A stretch of DNA of 64,000 nucleotides from Neoconidiobolus thromboides FSU 785 (GCA_025603075.1 MU626289.1:62001-126000), one strand, 5' to 3'. Shown: positions 41,184-53,538, counted from the first letter of the stretch. Translations and numbers: made by a program. Notes: a model not told the origin generated them from the letters alone.

Positions 41184-41279
41184 GGGGTACTTTTTTTGGC
41201 TTCACTTTTTCTATCTTTTAAGCACTATTTGAACGGAAGAATTGTTAGTAAAATTCTTAAACGCAAAAATACATTTTCC
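41184..41279 (+). mobile_element. ~99-bp MITE family copy
   Basis: ATAT-GGGGTAC...AAGCACTATTTGAACGGAAGAATTGTTAGTAAAATTCTTAAACGCAAAAATACATTTTCC-ATAT. Confidence 0.85.
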
Positions 41280-42640
41280 ATATAATTAAGTTTTAAATGT
41301 TATATATATTCAGCTTTCTTTTATTTTAAAAAAAATAATGCGCTATTAAATCAATTTTTTATTTAAGTTGTAAGTTTATTAAACATGTTAAAAATAAAAA
41401 TAAAAATAAATTAAAATTACTAAGACATTTAATAATAATAAATCTTAAATAGTGACTTGCATTACTTTTTATTTTTGATATAATTATTAGCATTTATAAA
41501 GAATTCATATCATTTTGGTAAATATATCAAAAATAATGTAAATTAAAAAAAACTATTAAGATTTAATATCAAACTTTTTGCAAAATTCATAAGCTTAGCA
41601 GAGCTATTACAACTCTTTTACAGTTTTTAATGTTAATTTTTATAGTTAAATTGTTTGTATGATTAACTTTTTGACTAATTTTTATATTTTGATCTAATTT
41701 TAACACAAATATTTCTCTTAAATGAGCAGTTAGTTCGATCTCAAAAGAGATGTAACAACTATAATTTTAGAAGATTTAAATTTTGATTAGTCATTTTATC
41801 TAGAATGACTAAGGTTGAATGTAAAGCGTAAAAATAAAGGTTAAGTTATTCTCACTATTAATTAGATATACATTTGATTGTTAAATAATTTATAATTATT
41901 AAGCAATAATATAAAACTTTGATGTATTATTTTAATATAGTATTAGTATACACATATCAATGTATATTATAAATGTAATCATAGCTCATCTTAAACAATA
42001 CTTTAGTTTGATTAATTGCTAAAAGTAAATACTATCTTATTTATAGTTTTTATTTGAGCACTTACCAAATGGAAGTTAAAATAACATTAACGTATATTAA
42101 TTTCATATTGTATATTAAAGTAATAAACACTTTTATATTGATAACAGTATAATTATCAATGATAGAAATGTTTTATTTTAGTTATTTAAAAGTGTTTAGT
42201 AATTTAAACTCTAAGATTGACTAAGCTCAGTATGCGTCATAATATGTCCGCTTTTGCTTGTCTTGACTTATTAATCATAAAGATTCATAGTTTCATAGAT
42301 TATGACGTATTTGTTTGGCTACTGTTTTACCTTATCCATTTCCCACCTTGCAACTCAGATTTTGCTTGAATTTAATTTTATTAAATCGATTGATTTTTCT
42401 TAGTGGTTTTTTTGACGCTGAGCACCTGCTAATGCTTGTAGTGATTAGATAAAAATAGATAGGAATCATTTAGCACCATACTTATTATACCTATTTTAGT
42501 AAATTAAGTCAAAAATTATGTCACTATAAAATTCCGCAGTTGCTTAACTTGAAGTTTGAAATATCAGTTGTTCTTAACCAACCTACCATTCAAGAGATTA
42601 ACCACTTAGTTTGTTCATTATTAATAAATAAATATAAGCC

Positions 42641-42775
42641 ATTGGCTAAGCATTGCTAATGAAATGAGACATCATTAATAATAAAATCCAATCAGTAAGC
42701 CCATACCACCAATCAGAATCACTTAATACATATTGAACCAAATTATTTATTAATCAAGATACCATAGCCAATCAG
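42641..42775 (+). promoter_or_regulatory. CCAAT-box cluster (NF-Y/HAP complex-type sites) upstream of the Pcl cyclin
   Basis: Three exact CCAATCAG at 42688, 42709 and 42768, plus ATTGG at 42641. Confidence 0.6.
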
Positions 42776-43146
42776 TTGAGGATCCTATGGAAAGAGATTA
42801 AACTATTTAATACCAGTCATTAGGAAGATAAAGTGCGATATTAACAATTGAAATTCCTCCTCCTCTTTTAAGTCAATCACCAATTTTCAAGAACTTACCA
42901 CTTTAAGTTTATTACAATAAGTACTTAGCTAGTAAACCGCAGTTAACTACTAGGATTTAAAAAGAAAATTAACCTTCTCAAATAAAATATCTTCTCCTAG
43001 GTTCTCGCAGCATATTTTGCATAGAGCCTAATACAAGCAACTTTCAACAAAGCAAGCTTTTAATTTTTTCACTTTAATTTTATTTTTAGTATCAACTGCC
43101 CCCTGCGGCCCCAAACCAAGCGACTGTATTTTTTATAAGAGCCACC

Positions 43147-43167
43147 ATGGCTTTTCTCCTTTGCTAA
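43147..43167 (+). promoter_or_regulatory. Candidate 6-codon uORF (MAFLLC*) in GCCACCATGG context
   Basis: Sequence GCCACCATGGCTTTTCTCCTTTGCTAA. No further ATG on the + strand until the cyclin start at 43702. Transcription of this position is not demonstrated. Confidence 0.45.
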
Positions 43168-43701
43168 ATTTTTTCAGTTTTTCCAGTATAATTTTTAAGA
43201 ATCAGAACCTATCAAAGAACCAGGTTTATCTTGAGGATTTTCTTTTCGATTTATTAGATACAAAAAGCACTACACATTTACAAACACTTTACTTTAAGCC
43301 AACTAAACAAAAACAACACTTTCATTCTTTCCCTGACTGGTTAGACTTTTTCTATTTTCAACTCTATTCATCTGAGACTTCAGTAACCCCCGTACCCTTA
43401 CTTAAGCCTATCTACATACACACCCCTCCTACTCGTAAGAGACGCAAGGCCAATTTTAGTTTTATATTATATTAATCTAGGCCCTAATTTTTCACAGGTG
43501 GTATCCGTTTTCATTCATTTATCTTTTTATTGCATCTATTAGCTGCAAACAACAACTTTTTTGGCTGGTATTTTTTGTCCGTAAGTAACCCAGTGTTAAT
43601 ACCTCTAATTGATTGAAGAGTTTCCAAAGATTTATCTGGTTCAACTTTAACAACATCTTATAACTCTTCTTTTATAACAACAACAACAACAAATTAATAA
43701 C

Positions 43702-44673
43702 ATGTCAGCCATAGATTTTTCATTAAAAACAATAGCTAGCTCAGAAGCCTCTTTTGAGGTTCCTGAGCTCCATGCTTCAGATGCTTATTCTTCTAGTTCA
43801 AACTCACACCTGCCTTCACCAGATAATTATATCTCACATGATAAACAAAACTACAATGGAGCAGAATCTAATACTCATGGATTACCCACCCCATCATATC
43901 CTCAACAGCTTAAGAATGATAAGACTCACCCTTATTCTCGTATTGCTATCAAGGATCTTATTAATCCTGCTCATACAACTTCTGTCGCAGCTCAGAACAG
44001 AGATAAAAAACGTCAAGCTGGAGCTTCAACTTTAGAGCGATCTATTAGGAAAGGTCTTCAAATTGCTCAACAGCAAAAATATTGCCGCGCACCAACTTCC
44101 GGCTCCAACTCTAACCAAATGGTTAGTTGTCTTATAGATCTTGCAGTGATGACCATCGAACAGGTCTGGGGCCTAACTTCAAAAGGCTCCTCCAAAGATG
44201 ATCGTAAGTCACTCCATCATTATGTAACTGAAATCTTTAAACGTTCTCGTGTTACTAAGACTGTCGTCCAAGTAGCTTTAATGTATTGTCTTAAAGTTAA
44301 GGAAACCGTAGCTCTTACTCGCCAGGTTCTAATTACTAGAGTTGGTGAAAATGCTACCCAGAACGCGGCCTTTTGTGGTCGTAGAATGTTCTTAGCTTCC
44401 TTAATTTGCGCATCAAAGTATCTCCAAGACGCCAATTTTTCAAACAAAACATGGGCAAAGATTGTTGGGCTTACCCCCATTGAGACATCCCTTACAGAGG
44501 CATCATTTCTTCGTCTAATGGACTATAAACTCTATGTTAAAGAAGTAGAGTTTTATCCATATGCCAAATGTATCCTTGATCATGCCTCATTGAATAGTCC
44601 AGTATCTTCTTCAGCCTATTTTTTGATCCAAGAGCTTTTTCCAAAGGAAAGTAAGAAGCAGCGCCAAAGCTAG
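43702..44673 (+). CDS. Pho85-type cyclin (Pcl5/Clg1/pas1-like), 323 aa, intronless
   Basis: Cyclin box YVTEIFKRSRVTKTVVQVALMYCLKV and CGRRMFLASLICASKYLQDANFSNKTWAKIVGL...EASFLRLMDYKLYV; disordered S/P-rich N-terminus. Confidence 0.9.
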   Translation: MSAIDFSLKTIASSEASFEVPELHASDAYSSSSNSHLPSPDNYISHDKQNYNGAESNTHGLPTPSYPQQLKNDKTHPYSRIAIKDLINPAHTTSVAAQNRDKKRQAGASTLERSIRKGLQIAQQQKYCRAPTSGSNSNQMVSCLIDLAVMTIEQVWGLTSKGSSKDDRKSLHHYVTEIFKRSRVTKTVVQVALMYCLKVKETVALTRQVLITRVGENATQNAAFCGRRMFLASLICASKYLQDANFSNKTWAKIVGLTPIETSLTEASFLRLMDYKLYVKEVEFYPYAKCILDHASLNSPVSSSAYFLIQELFPKESKKQRQS

Positions 44674-45296
44674 TTGCTTTTTACCTGCTTTTTTTAGCTC
44701 TATCAACAATTTATTTTTCTATCTTATCTAGTCTTTCTTTTTACTATTCGTCAAATATATCTTCAGAAATAATATAGGTTTCTATTATAGTTTGTTTTAT
44801 TTAAATATTAAAATGTTTATATTTGCTAAGGGTATTTTTATTTAATTTTGAATCATCTTTCTATAAAAGTTATAATTTTTAGCAGAAAAATTCCTTTGTA
44901 AAAAAGAAAAATTAAAGACTCAAGTTCCTTTAAAAGCTAAATCGTACTTTAGTTAAAAATGTTTTATTTTAATAAACAACTCCATTTCAAATAAAGAACA
45001 TTAGTACCGTTGTATTATTGAAAAAATATCACCTTATAATGCATACTTCAAACAATTTAAGAAAATTCTTAAGTGGACTCACCATTCAATAGTTAAATCA
45101 ACAGCCATCACTGGTGATAAATCGTTCTATCTTGGTTAGATCAAGTATTTAAATCGAAAAAATCAGCATTCTTTTTTTGAAACTAGTTTATTAATTTTCC
45201 AGCCAATAAAAATCCAAAAAAGATCAAATGAATTGAAGATCTCAAATTTTAACTATATAGAAATAATCTTATTATCTATAGATATTTAATAACAAC

Positions 45297-48200
45297 CTAT
45301 TGGGATTCCAAAGTACTAGCAACTAACTTTAAGAGATCCATTCCTCTTACATAATAATTACTTGGTTTCTTCGAAATAGATTGCCAAATTTCCCCATGTT
45401 TAGGATCTGCTTGTAAATATTTAGTTTCTAGTTGTTCAAGGTGCTCCTAAAATAAAACATTAGTGATTTTTTTTGATTCATAGTACTTGTATTTACCTTG
45501 GTACCAAACTTGGTTTCAAATAAATAAAACCAAGCCCAAGCATCACCATAATCTGGATTTAATTTGACTGCTCTTTGAAACCAGGTTCTTGCCTTATCAA
45601 TTTTACGATCTGTTTGAAATAATTTGGCCATTGTCGTAAATATAATTGGATCATTATCGCAAGCTTTAATAGCATCGGATACTCTAGATTTACGTTGTGG
45701 GCGTGGCTCCATCATGATAGCTTCACTCCATAATAATCCTGAGGATGGACATTCCTGTAATGCTATAATTTTCAATAAAGTTAACAATTTATATAAATCA
45801 ATAAATATAAATACCTTTAGATATAAGTACTTTTGCCATTGAAGCATTATTAGCTCTTATTTCAACCCTTATTGCCTCTAACCATAATAAAGGTTCTTTT
45901 GGGTTAAGCTTACGCCCTCTTTCCAAAATTGAACGTGCTTTAATTAACAACTGTGCCTTTTCTTCTAATCTACCGGCTAAAATCCAGAGAGTGATTGAAT
46001 TAACACAATGTTTTAAACCTTGAGCATAAATTTCTCTAGCTTTTGAAATGTTTCCATTGTCTTCTTCAATTTGTCCTCGAATCATCCATAATTTATCAAA
46101 GTCTGGGAATTTTTTATTTGCTTCTTCGAGCTGGTTAATCGCTTCTTCGATATTACCACATTGTCTTTCCAAAGCAATAGACTTCATCCAAACCTAAAGA
46201 CAATCATAAGCTTTTGTTAGAAATTGTATAGACGATTAGCTTACCTTTTCAGTATCTGCATTCTCTCTTGCTTTAGTAAAGAAAGTTCTAGCGCGTTTAA
46301 ACTCATGATTTTCAATTTCTAATTTAGCTGCAGCCAGATAAATCTGTTCACTTTTAGGATTGACATCATATGCTTTATTCAAGATACTTTGGGCACCACT
46401 GAGATCTCCCTATAATAGGTTAAACTTTAGTATTTATTTGATTACTTATTTAATTGAACTTACATCTAACCATTTTTCTTTGGCGTGCATGAGCCATAAA
46501 ATCTCCGAGTGTGGACAACTCTTAGTTCCAGCAGCTAATGTCTCATCTAATGATTCCCTATATTGAAGTTTAGTTTTTATTCAAATTAAATTAAATCAAA
46601 TTAAATTAAAACTTACTTTGTACCATGCTCTTTTTCAAAATAAGCTGCTTGTATCCAAATATTATCTGATCCAGGGTATTCTTGAAGTGCATAGGCATAA
46701 ACCGCTCTTGCAGTTTCAATGGCCCCACGCTCAGTAATAGCTTCTGCATCCTTGAGCCAGGTTTCTTCTTGATCTTCTTGGTCAAGGTCAATATCAATAG
46801 TGGCTCGGATGATAGCTTGAGCTGTAGGAGTAGCTTTGAGCTGTAATTCACATTTTTCAGCTTCACTGATCCATTCTTCTCTGCTCAAAATAGCTCCGTA
46901 TTTTGGCAATGTTCTAAGACCAAGTTTGATAACTTTTTCAACTTTCTCAAGCTCCCCATTTTGTTCCATTAACTGAGCGGCTGCAATCCAAATTTCATGA
47001 CTGGTTGGTATAGCTTTACGTGCGGATTGTAAAACAGCTTGTGCTTTTTTATATGTCTCTAATTTAGCTAATGCTAGCCATAATTCTATAGAAGTTGGGA
47101 TTAATTTTACAGCTTCAGCTAATAGCATTTTAGCATCTTCTGGATTTTCTTCTAATCGAATGGCAGATTGCCATAAAGTTAACGAAGTTGGATTATGTTC
47201 TAAAGCTAATTGGTTTTTAATAAATAAAATAAGACTAAAAATTATTCAACATTACCTCTTTGATATACCCTTTTTTTAGCTAATCTGTCTTCTTCTAATT
47301 TAGCTGCTAATACCCATATTTTAACTGAATTCGGAAGATGACGGACTGCATCTGCTAAAATGCTTTTTGCAGCTTCTGAGGTCTATAAAAGTTAGAACTG
47401 AAAAAAGCGTAAATAGGAATTTAGTTTACATTTAATCTTGCTGCTTCTAACCAAATATCTTCTGATTCTGGGCATTGCTCAATACCTTTAGCAATGGTGA
47501 TTCTAGCTTGAAGGAATTTGTTAGCTACTTCTTCTAATCTTGCTGCTGCAATCCATCCTGGGGCATGCTTTGGATTTGTTCCAGTTACAGATTTTAACAA
47601 TAAACGTGCCTTTTTAATGTCACTAAAGTAAATAGTCAATATATATATTTATAATAAGTGAAAATCAAATACCCAATTTCAGCATCACTTTTTATATTTA
47701 AGCTATTTAAATCAGTTAAATAACCGCGTGGGTCAATAGTACTCTTTCCACTAGCTGAATCAAATGACATTTGATCCAATTTTAATCCTAATACTTTATC
47801 CCTTGCTTGCCCAATTTCAACAAAATTAGTTAGTGCCCCATTGCTATTGTCGGGGTTATTTGGTGTCTCAAATCCACCATATTTCTATATTATTGTTACT
47901 TTGTTAAAAATTTTAATCTAGATAAATGTTTACCTGTTCAATAGGATCCAAAACTGTATTAAAACTAGCATTTTCCCTTGCTTTTTCAAGAATGGAATCT
48001 GGTACTGGAGCAAAACTAATAGAAATAAACAAAAATAAACACAAAACCAAAAAAATTACCGTTCTTTGGCATTAATCTTTTTACGATTTTTACCAGAAAT
48101 ATTAGCAACGTCTGGTAAACTAGCCCATTCTTCAGCCGATACTTCTGCTAATCCTCTTTTTAAATCTGCAAACTGTTGTTGTATCTTTGGCCTTTCTTTG

Positions 48201-48687
48201 CGATATTTTAACAACTCTTCTTTTTCTCTTTCTTCTCTATTTTGTTTTAATATTAACATTTGTTATTACTATTAATATTATTATTACTTACCTCCTAACT
48301 TTTCTTCTTTCATCCATTTTTTTATCTATTAACTCATAAATCCTATCCGCTTCTTCATCATCTTGCTCGTAAGGTATCCCTGAAAATAAGCCTGTTTCGT
48401 TATCTGGATCTTGATATTTCTCAGAATCTTCTCCTTCTCCTTCATCCTGACTAAAAAACTTTCAATTTTTTTTCTTTATTTTGCACATTATTTACTTTGA
48501 TATATCTACTGGTACGGCTTCTCTTGCAGGACCAATATCGGATCGTGTTGTAAACCCGGTGGCACTAATAGATTAACTAAATATTTTCCTATTTTTAATA
48601 AATAGTATTTATTTACCCTCTTCCAAGACCAGCCACATAATTTGGCGGTGCTGGTTTTCCCATGAAATCTTTGGTGACTTGAAACAT
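45297..48687 (-). CDS. PRP6: U5 snRNP / tri-snRNP splicing factor Prp6 (HAT repeats), multi-exon
   Basis: N-terminus [18 protein letters not shown]|[46 protein letters not shown], many HAT repeats, [21 protein letters not shown]; last exon ...[14 protein letters not shown]...ESQ*. Confidence 0.95.
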
Positions 48688-48963
48688 TTTAGGACTTTTC
48701 TTTTATTTCAATCTTTAAGCCTATTTTTTATAAAAAGTATTTTTTTCATTATTGATGAAATTTTATTATTACTTGAAATTTATTGGGCATTTATTTTTTT
48801 ATGCTTTTTTGCCCATTTAGTCTATTAGGCATTTAAACTAAATGTAATTTCTAAAGCAGGTTCAATATATGAAATTATAATAAAATACAAAAGGAAACCT
48901 AAGGCACCACTGCTAATCATTGATAAAATAAGATAAAAATATGCTTTTAATTTTTATTTTGTA

Positions 48964-49899
48964 TTACATAAAATCGTCATCAATATCTTGATTAGAATCT
49001 TCGTTAGTTCTATATTCAGTAGTATCGTCTTCAAATATACTTTTATAACTCTTTAATTCTTTTTGATTTTTAGCATACTCTTCTCTTTTTATTTTAACTT
49101 GTTCCTAGAAACCATTAGTTTGAAAATGAGTGTATTATAATTAACAAACTTACCATCCTTTCAAAATTAATTTTATCCTTTTTATTCTTTTTATTTATAT
49201 AATTCATCTTTTCCTGATATAAATCTGGATATTCTTCTCTCTTTGTTTTATTTAGTCGATTGATTATATGATTCTTTCTTTTTTCAACATATACTCTTTT
49301 CACCTTAAATTATTATTACTATAGGAATACAATACAATGTACATTTATTATTACTATTTTGGGGTTATGAAATGAAACTTGGCCCACTGCCATATCCCCA
49401 CTCTTTTTCAAATTGCTCCATGGTGTATAAATGATTGTAATATTATCCTTTTTATTACCTGGCAATATATTGAAATATAGTAAATAGCTAATAATAAACT
49501 TGATAAAATTATAATATACCTTCAATAGAATTAGCTTTTGTTAACTGTCCTAAATCTTCTAACAAGCTTTCAGGTATGTTTTCCCAGTTATAGGAACCAT
49601 CTAACCTTAAATAAATGTGTGCACTAGATAATTTATCTACATGAAACCTTGAAATTATAAGTCATAACAATAATAACAATTGTATATTTATTTACCATAC
49701 GTCTTCTTCTATCCCGTGTTTTATTAAGTCTTCATCTGTTTTTTGTTATTATATGTTAGGTTCAAATTGAATTGTACATTACTTTCATGTTTATCTTTGC
49801 CCATGAATATATTTCCATTAGGTGTAGTCACTAAAACTATTAATAAAGTATCATAAATTACTCTCTATTTTTACCATCACTTGTAAAATAATAAACCAT
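48964..49899 (-). CDS. CCDC25: CCDC25/Jlp2-like NFACT-R domain protein, multi-exon
   Basis: MVYYFTS..., MGKDKHE, EEDVW|[24 protein letters not shown]|[45 protein letters not shown]-terminal ...DDDFM*. Confidence 0.92.
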
Positions 49900-50081
49900 T
49901 TTTGCAGCTTTAAAAGTAAAAGAAAAGTTGTTTTATAACAATACAAAATAATTGTTTTATAATCTAATTTTATAGTGTCAAAGCTAAACTTGCTAAATTT
50001 AAATAGTTAATATGGTAATAAAAATTGATACAAGATATGAATCAAAATCAAAATCAATAATATATATTATACAGAGTTCGT

Positions 50082-50969
50082 TTATTCTTTATTTAATGTA
50101 TATTTAACCCAGGAATCAAAGGAAGCTAGCGAATTAATCGTATAATTATTGAAAATAAAGAAAGGATTAAATAAAAAATACAAGATTTGTTTTAAAAATA
50201 GGAGTGAAATAGTTCGATTATTAAATAGATAAGGAGCTATCTTATCAATCAAATGTTCTTTATTTTTGTGCTTGTTATTAAATATTAAATTAATAGTGCC
50301 TATGATTATCAATTTCATTTCTTTGTTTAATATTTGATTATTAATTAAATAAATACTTTTTATTTCCCTCTTAATGAACTTGTAGAGATATTTATTTATA
50401 TTATGCTTGTCATTGGCCTTACTATTATTATAGTAAACAGTCAAATTAATACCACTATTACTATTTATTATATTATCAACTTTATCTAATACGTTATTAC
50501 TACTTGGAAAGTTTAAATTTAAAATATAAATTAATGTTCTATCTAAATAAGTTTTACTTTTCAAATCATTAAAATAACTTAATGCCATTGAAGCATCACT
50601 AAATATTACTATATTACCGCTTGAGAATAACTTTAGTATATCTATTGTTATAAAATATACTGTTTCTTTTTTGGCATTGATGTTATATATCACTTTATGG
50701 GTTGCCCTTTTACATATTCCGCATTCTACTTTATAATTTATCCATTCGATTATACACTTAAAACAATATTGATGGTAACAAGGCGTTAAATAAACTTTAT
50801 TTTCATAACTTTGTAAACATATACTGCATACTATCCCTAGCTCCTCATTTCTTCGTTTCTTGTTTTCACTTTCGTTATCGCTATCATCTTCATCCATTTC
50901 ATAATAAAGAATTAAACTTGCTTTTTCATCTTTCTTATTTTCAGCTTTATCTTCTTCAATTTTATCCAT
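50082..50969 (-). CDS. C3HC4 RING E3 ligase, TOPORS/Psh1-like, 295 aa
   Basis: CSICLQSYENKVYLTPCYHQYCFKCIIEWINYKVECGICK; C-terminal FIKREI...PYL...FLKQILYFL...SFDSWVKY resembles the TOPORS-like helical domain. Confidence 0.8.
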   Translation of the reverse strand: MDKIEEDKAENKKDEKASLILYYEMDEDDSDNESENKKRRNEELGIVCSICLQSYENKVYLTPCYHQYCFKCIIEWINYKVECGICKRATHKVIYNINAKKETVYFITIDILKLFSSGNIVIFSDASMALSYFNDLKSKTYLDRTLIYILNLNFPSSNNVLDKVDNIINSNSGINLTVYYNNSKANDKHNINKYLYKFIKREIKSIYLINNQILNKEMKLIIIGTINLIFNNKHKNKEHLIDKIAPYLFNNRTISLLFLKQILYFLFNPFFIFNNYTINSLASFDSWVKYTLNKE

Positions 50970-51063
50970 AATTTATAATACAACCACTTGAAATCAAAAG
51001 TATAAAAAATAAAAATATCAAATTTATAAAAAAGATAAACCAATAAGAAACTTTCAAATTTAC

Positions 51064-52429
51064 TTATTCTTTTTTTAATTTTGCAGCATACTCTCTAAAA
51101 TAATACTCACAATCATTTGCACTTTTAATATTTTTATATCGTGTATCATTTTCAATCAATAATTTTGTCTAAAAAAACAAGTGAATATATTGAAATAAAT
51201 AAACAAAGACTATTACTTTTTTCCAGCTTGAGTTATATCTTAAATCTTTCATTTCTTTTAACATGGTTATAAACTCTTGTCTGTATTTTTCTTTTTCCTT
51301 TCTCTTTTCTATTTAAACATTATAACTGCTATCAATTAAATATATATACTATCTTATTACCTTCTTTTTCTTTTTTTCTAATATTAATAAGACCTTGAAC
51401 ATGTTCTGAAAATATAGCTTCTCTCTCTTTGTAATTTAATTTTTTACTTATTGGATCATTAAAATATTTCTTATTAAACACATTCCAATCACTTTTATAA
51501 GTAGTATTTCCTTTAACCAATTGCCTATAATTTTCCATGTTCATCTATTTATTATTTATCTATTATCATTATTAGTTAAATATAAAATATAGCTTACTTT
51601 TTTATCTTCTATTTTTTTATCCGATTTAAGCTCTGGAAGTTCACTTATTTTTTTACAATAGTTTTCAAATATACTTTGACATAACCTTTCATTATCAACA
51701 ACTAAAATTCAATTATTGTGTTTTAATATCTAAATAATAAAATACTTTTAAAAGCTTCTTCCTCTTTTAATTTAGGTAATAGTAAATCCCATGTGTCCAT
51801 TTCAGTAACTTGTAGATCTTTAAGTAAATCCTTTTTACGTATGGTTAATTGATCATTATTATATATATATTATTCGACATACCTGAAACTGCAATACGTT
51901 TTGATGTAACAATACCTCTGGTGGCAAGTCATAATCATTATTATGATTATTATAGTCCGATAAATCACCCATTCCCATCATTTGTAACTGGTAGGCAACA
52001 TCATCTTCATCCATTCTAAATAGGTTAACACTTACTAGCTTTTTCAAGTAATTAAGTTACTCTGTTGTTTCATTATTGACATTGTTAAACTCTGATTCAT
52101 ATTCTTTTAATTCTTTTGGTACTTCCCAGCTTGAAACTCCGGTGTATGGATTGTAAAAGAATCGGTATCCATCCCTAGTTTCTATTAACCGCCAATCATG
52201 CCCAGTTAATTCATAGCTTCATTTATTTAATAATAATAAATTAACTTTATTTATTTATATACCTTTTTATCGCTTTATCTTCATTTTCGTTTATTTTATT
52301 ATCGTTTACTTCACTGTCGGAATCAACTTTCCACACATATTTATCCTCCTCCGTTAAGTAATAGTAAGTAATAAAGTTATCTTGATTGAATTTTTTTCTT
52401 ATTGTATTTATTTTATTTTCAACATCCAT
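51064..52429 (-). CDS. WW plus FF domain protein (TCERG1/Urn1/dre4-like), multi-exon
   Basis: WW domain HDWRLIETRDGYRFFYNPYTGVSSWEVP; FF-like segments (FLRDLQVTEMDTWDLLLPKL; SDWNVFNKKYFNDP...REAIFSEHV; last exon FREYAAKLKKE*). Internal exon boundaries approximate. Confidence 0.75.
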
Positions 52430-52603
52430 TCTTCAACCTTTAAATATATAAAAAAGAAAAGTATAAACACTTTTAAAAAATTGCTTTTTATGCTTGTAAA
52501 TTTTATTTAATTTGAACTAATAGTGTATTATTGTGTAAATGATATTTCATGACTAGATAAGGCTATATAATTATAAAAGTGTTCTTAATATTATTAAAAT
52601 TAT

Positions 52604-52846
52604 TCAACAGTAAGAGATATCAATCCAGCCATTATTTCTATCACAACCATTTCCATACTTAGGTTGACAGCTCCATTGATTGTTTTCGTATTTCCAGCAT
52701 GCAGGTGCGTTGGAATCACTAAACCTAAAGTCCTCGTATCCAAAGTGACATTCGTCATTTTTATTAGGACATTGTGAACCACTGGTTAGTATTATAAAGC
52801 TGTTTACACTAGTTACACAGGCTATTATTATTGATGTATATCTCAT
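52604..52846 (-). CDS. Small secreted cysteine-rich peptide, 80 aa, six Cys in the mature region
   Basis: Intronless ORF with a signal-like N-terminus (MRYTSIIIACVTSVNSF), spacing C-x6-C-x16-C-x9-C-x7-C-x11-C ending at the last residue, and a TATAAATA-type box about 45 bp upstream. Confidence 0.75.
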   Translation of the reverse strand: MRYTSIIIACVTSVNSFIILTSGSQCPNKNDECHFGYEDFRFSDSNAPACWKYENNQWSCQPKYGNGCDRNNGWIDISYC

Positions 52847-53538
52847 TGTTTACAATTTTAATGAACTTTTTATGTAAAGACTTTTATATTTATACACTGT
52901 TTTTATAATGGATGAATCCTCTTATTCCTCTCGATATTCCTTTTCCCTTAATTATCTCCCCTTTTTCTCCCTTTATTTGTTTCGCATTAATTATTAGCTT
53001 TAACAAATTTGAGTTATTTTTTTAAAACATGATTGATGAAATCATAGTCATTTTTAAAGCTAGAAGTTCAAACATTTGTAATATTACATTGCTGTATTAT
53101 AATTATTTTTTAATGTAAAATTTTGACCTAAGTTTTAGAAAATGGGCAAGTTTATACTTAAAGTTCAATTCTATGGTTTTAATTTTTAAATTTTTCAAAT
53201 ATTTTTTCGGTACCCTAAACCTTTAAAACTGATCCCTCTAATTCATATTGCAAAATTTAGCGTATAAATTAAGCTTAATGCTGAAAGGGGACCTCATCGA
53301 TATTTTTATTTGCTTTTTTATCTCCAACTCGCTTGAAATGTAAAAGAGTATTTTAGTCAATTTCTTGATCAAAAAATTTATTTATTTATTCACTTTCATA
53401 CTATTTATACTTTTATATTTACGTGAAATAGAAGTCAGAAAAAAATGAACCTTGGGTTTAATTTGCTTTACCAATTTTTAATCCCATTGGCTACCAAAAA
53501 AACGTAAGAAATAGTGACTAAATCAAAACTTTAAAGTT

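Noticed and set aside
43161-43475. 104-codon TTG-start ORF as a standalone gene or an upstream cyclin exon
   Set aside because: No ATG, and splicing at 43435-43480 leads to a stop before the cyclin; treated as leader sequence.
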